Made by a program: the position numbers and the translations under genes. The notes under the pieces are model-generated. The model made no database searches and was not told the origin of the DNA. It saw nothing but the letters and a program-made list of their open reading frames with translations. From the human T2T-CHM13v2.0 reference genome, Homo sapiens: a stretch of DNA of 64,000 nucleotides. Shown in pieces: positions 60,548 to 64,000 of the stretch (the stretch's first letter is position 1; every line of letters starts with the position of its first letter). The DNA lies in assembly GCF_009914755.1 (NCBI RefSeq), contig NC_060938.1; one strand, 5' to 3'.

Positions 60548-61064
60548 TTTAAAGTACGTTAAATTTTACTGTGAATTATTTTTTCTTCCAGAACAGAAGA
60601 AAAGCAAGTAACTTCAGGTACCACACAGAATACATGGGAATGTAAGATAAGCCATTAACTGAAATTAGAGCTGGTGAAAAAAGTCAGGAGAGCAACTGCC
60701 AGTTTCAAGACAGCAAATTCAATTCAATTCAACAAAACATGCCATAGAATTCTATCCCTCCACCCCGACCCACCACCATCCCCATTTTTATCAATGACCT
60801 AGAACACGGAGTAAAATAACATCTGATGAGAAAAGAAAACGAGGAGGTGGTACGTTTACAAACAGAATGACCCCTACAGACACAAAGCATGTTCAACCCT
60901 CCAGCACCCAACGTAACACAGAAAGAACAGTAAAGATAACCAAAAAGGTCTCCCACTCTCCGTAGCGCTAAAACAATATGCTTGGTTTAAAACTGTTAGG
61001 TTTTAATTCCCCCCACAAACGAACAGTAAGAAAATCAAGCATCTACCTAGAAAACAAATGAACA

Positions 61065-62045
<981 letters not shown>

Positions 62046-62232
62046 AGGCAAAGACATGACCCTTCTATGTCTCTTAAATGTTCATTAACACCACATCTAA
62101 AACAACTGCCACTTCAGCTGTGGAAGCTCTATTAGGGAATTCTAGAAGGCATAATCCTGGGCACTAACCTACCAGCCAAGGGTGCCTGTGAATTATAGTA
62201 CCTTCCCTCTTCCAAAAGGTAGAACCTGCTAG

Positions 62233-62574
<342 letters not shown>

Positions 62575-63566
62575 AAGATGCCCAACTCTTAAGGAGAGAA
62601 AACTTCATGAGGCATTGCAGTACAGACCAGGCAGGATGCTCCAGACGTCTTGGGTTCACTCACAGGGAATATTTCTTTCTGTCAAATAAGGAGGTTACCC
62701 TGACACATTTCAGACAAAAAACAAGCTGGCATCTTTTGGCTTGGGGATACAACAGAGTCTGGTCTGATCCTGCTTTTAACTTCTTTATGAACGAATTATA
62801 GCACCACTTGTCTTTCTTAAAGTTTCCTCAGATCCCATCAGAAAATTTTCTGATGACCAGCATATGCCCACAGTAGAGTATAAAACAGAACTACCCAGCC
62901 ACTGAAGTCAACTTTAGCTCTAAATGAAAGTTTTATGTCTCCTGAGCTTCCAAACAGGAAAATTATATCATGGCTGACAGTAAAGTAATTTAATTGCACT
63001 GTTGCTATGACAACATGCTGCTCTCTTTCTTTTTAATTTGCTTATTTGTCAGTAGCTTCCCAGAGGAACTAACACGCTATTCTCCATGTTTCCTTTTGTT
63101 TTAAACAAACACTGCCAGCAATATGGTTTTAGGAGAAAAAGTGGCATTGTCACGAAGAGAGGGTTATGGGAGTTCAGTACCCTTGGATCATGTGTGCGTT
63201 TTGTGCTGGGACCCCGTACTCTCCAACCACTCACTGCATCCCTATAAATCCCGCATTTTATACCAACAGGGTGAAGAGCTGCTGATCACTACAGTTCCAT
63301 GTAAAAACAAAACAAAACAACAATAACCAAAAAAAAAAAAAAAAAAAAAAAAAACAGTTCCCAGAAACCACAGCTGAGGAGTTTTCCATTATTATACTCT
63401 AACTACAGATTTCGCCAAATCTTTTTTTCCTCCTGTTTCAGAGGGAAAAAAAAAGAATCTGGATCATGTGAGTTGCAGTTAAGCAAACATTTTTAATCTG
63501 CTGCCAACAAGGCTGCTCCACCAGATACGCAAATAGTTATTCACTGGTGACCTCCTTACAACTTTT

Positions 63567-63570
<4 letters not shown>

Positions 63571-63602
<32 letters not shown>
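63571..63602. repeat. (AC)16 microsatellite
   Basis: Read directly. Confidence 0.95.
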
Positions 63603-63605
<3 letters not shown>

Positions 63606-63789
63606 CTTTTGTTTTTTTTATGACTTGCTGTGTTTTGTTACCCTCTTTATTTTTTAACGGAGAAAATGCGGCAAGAAAGCTTAGTTTCTCGCCTAGTAAA
63701 CAGAAGGTCTCCAAATAACTGACAAAGACATTACTGGCCCAGCTCTGAACAGATGTTCGATGCGAACTTTAAAAAGTTAAGAAATCTTC

Positions 63790-64000
63790 CCAGAGCCGAG
63801 CAGTAGCGAGTTTGGGGGGCCGGGTCACCCCCGCCCACCCAGCACGCGCGCGCGCGCACGCACGCGCTTCACTCTCGTCTACTGTACTTGTCAAAAACAT
63901 TTCAAGGGGACCTGCGGGAGTGGCGATTGGCTGCACCCCGCGTCAATCAGCGGCGTTGCCGGGCAACGGGGGAAACTGCTCTTATCCCCATATACAGGGC
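63790..64000. promoter_or_regulatory. Edge of a CpG island, promoter-proximal region of FOXN3 (X-box, CCAAT, GC box, (CG)n)
   Basis: Sharp rise in CpG; CCCCGCCC ~63829-63836; GATTGG 63925-63930; GTTGCCGGGCAAC 63955-63967; the upstream non-coding exon is not in the window. Confidence 0.7.

Noticed and set aside
63920-63970. MHC class II S-X-Y enhanceosome-like module
   Set aside because: X-box, TGACG half-site and CCAAT are present, but CCAAT orientation and spacing do not fit the SXY arrangement

Overview
Human/primate genomic DNA, almost entirely intronic, from the forkhead transcription factor gene FOXN3 (CHES1) on the minus strand. The only supportable protein-coding sequence is the first coding exon, 60203-59647 (557 nt: 14 nt 5'UTR plus 181 codons, ending inside the forkhead domain, canonical AG/GT ends). 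Everything from 59646 down to 1 is the following long intron; 60204-64000 is the preceding intron, rising into a CpG-rich, promoter-like edge. The introns hold about 46 Alu copies or fragments (roughly 2:1 antisense to the gene), several ERVL/MaLR solo LTRs (two THE1 with intact 5-bp TSDs, MLT1, MST, LTR16-like), L1/L2/MIR relics and DNA-transposon MITEs (MER1B, MER20, MER58A, MER5, Tigger3, MADE1). Stand-out structures: (1) a ~2.2-kb strictly triplet-phased (ACC/TCC/AGC/ACT/ATC) minisatellite at 8372-10553, with an internal 339-bp duplication and long open frames, next to a polypurine tract of opposite strand skew; (2) RFX X-box motifs, a tandem pair at 47.6 kb and a perfect palindrome beside a FOXN-type GACGC site and a CCAAT box at 63.9 kb, suggesting an RFX/FOXN regulatory loop; (3) an AUG-containing exon bracketed by inverted Alus, a circRNA candidate with a predictable 207-aa product. 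I see no evidence of a new multi-gene system. Repeat subfamily calls and most repeat ends are by eye and approximate.
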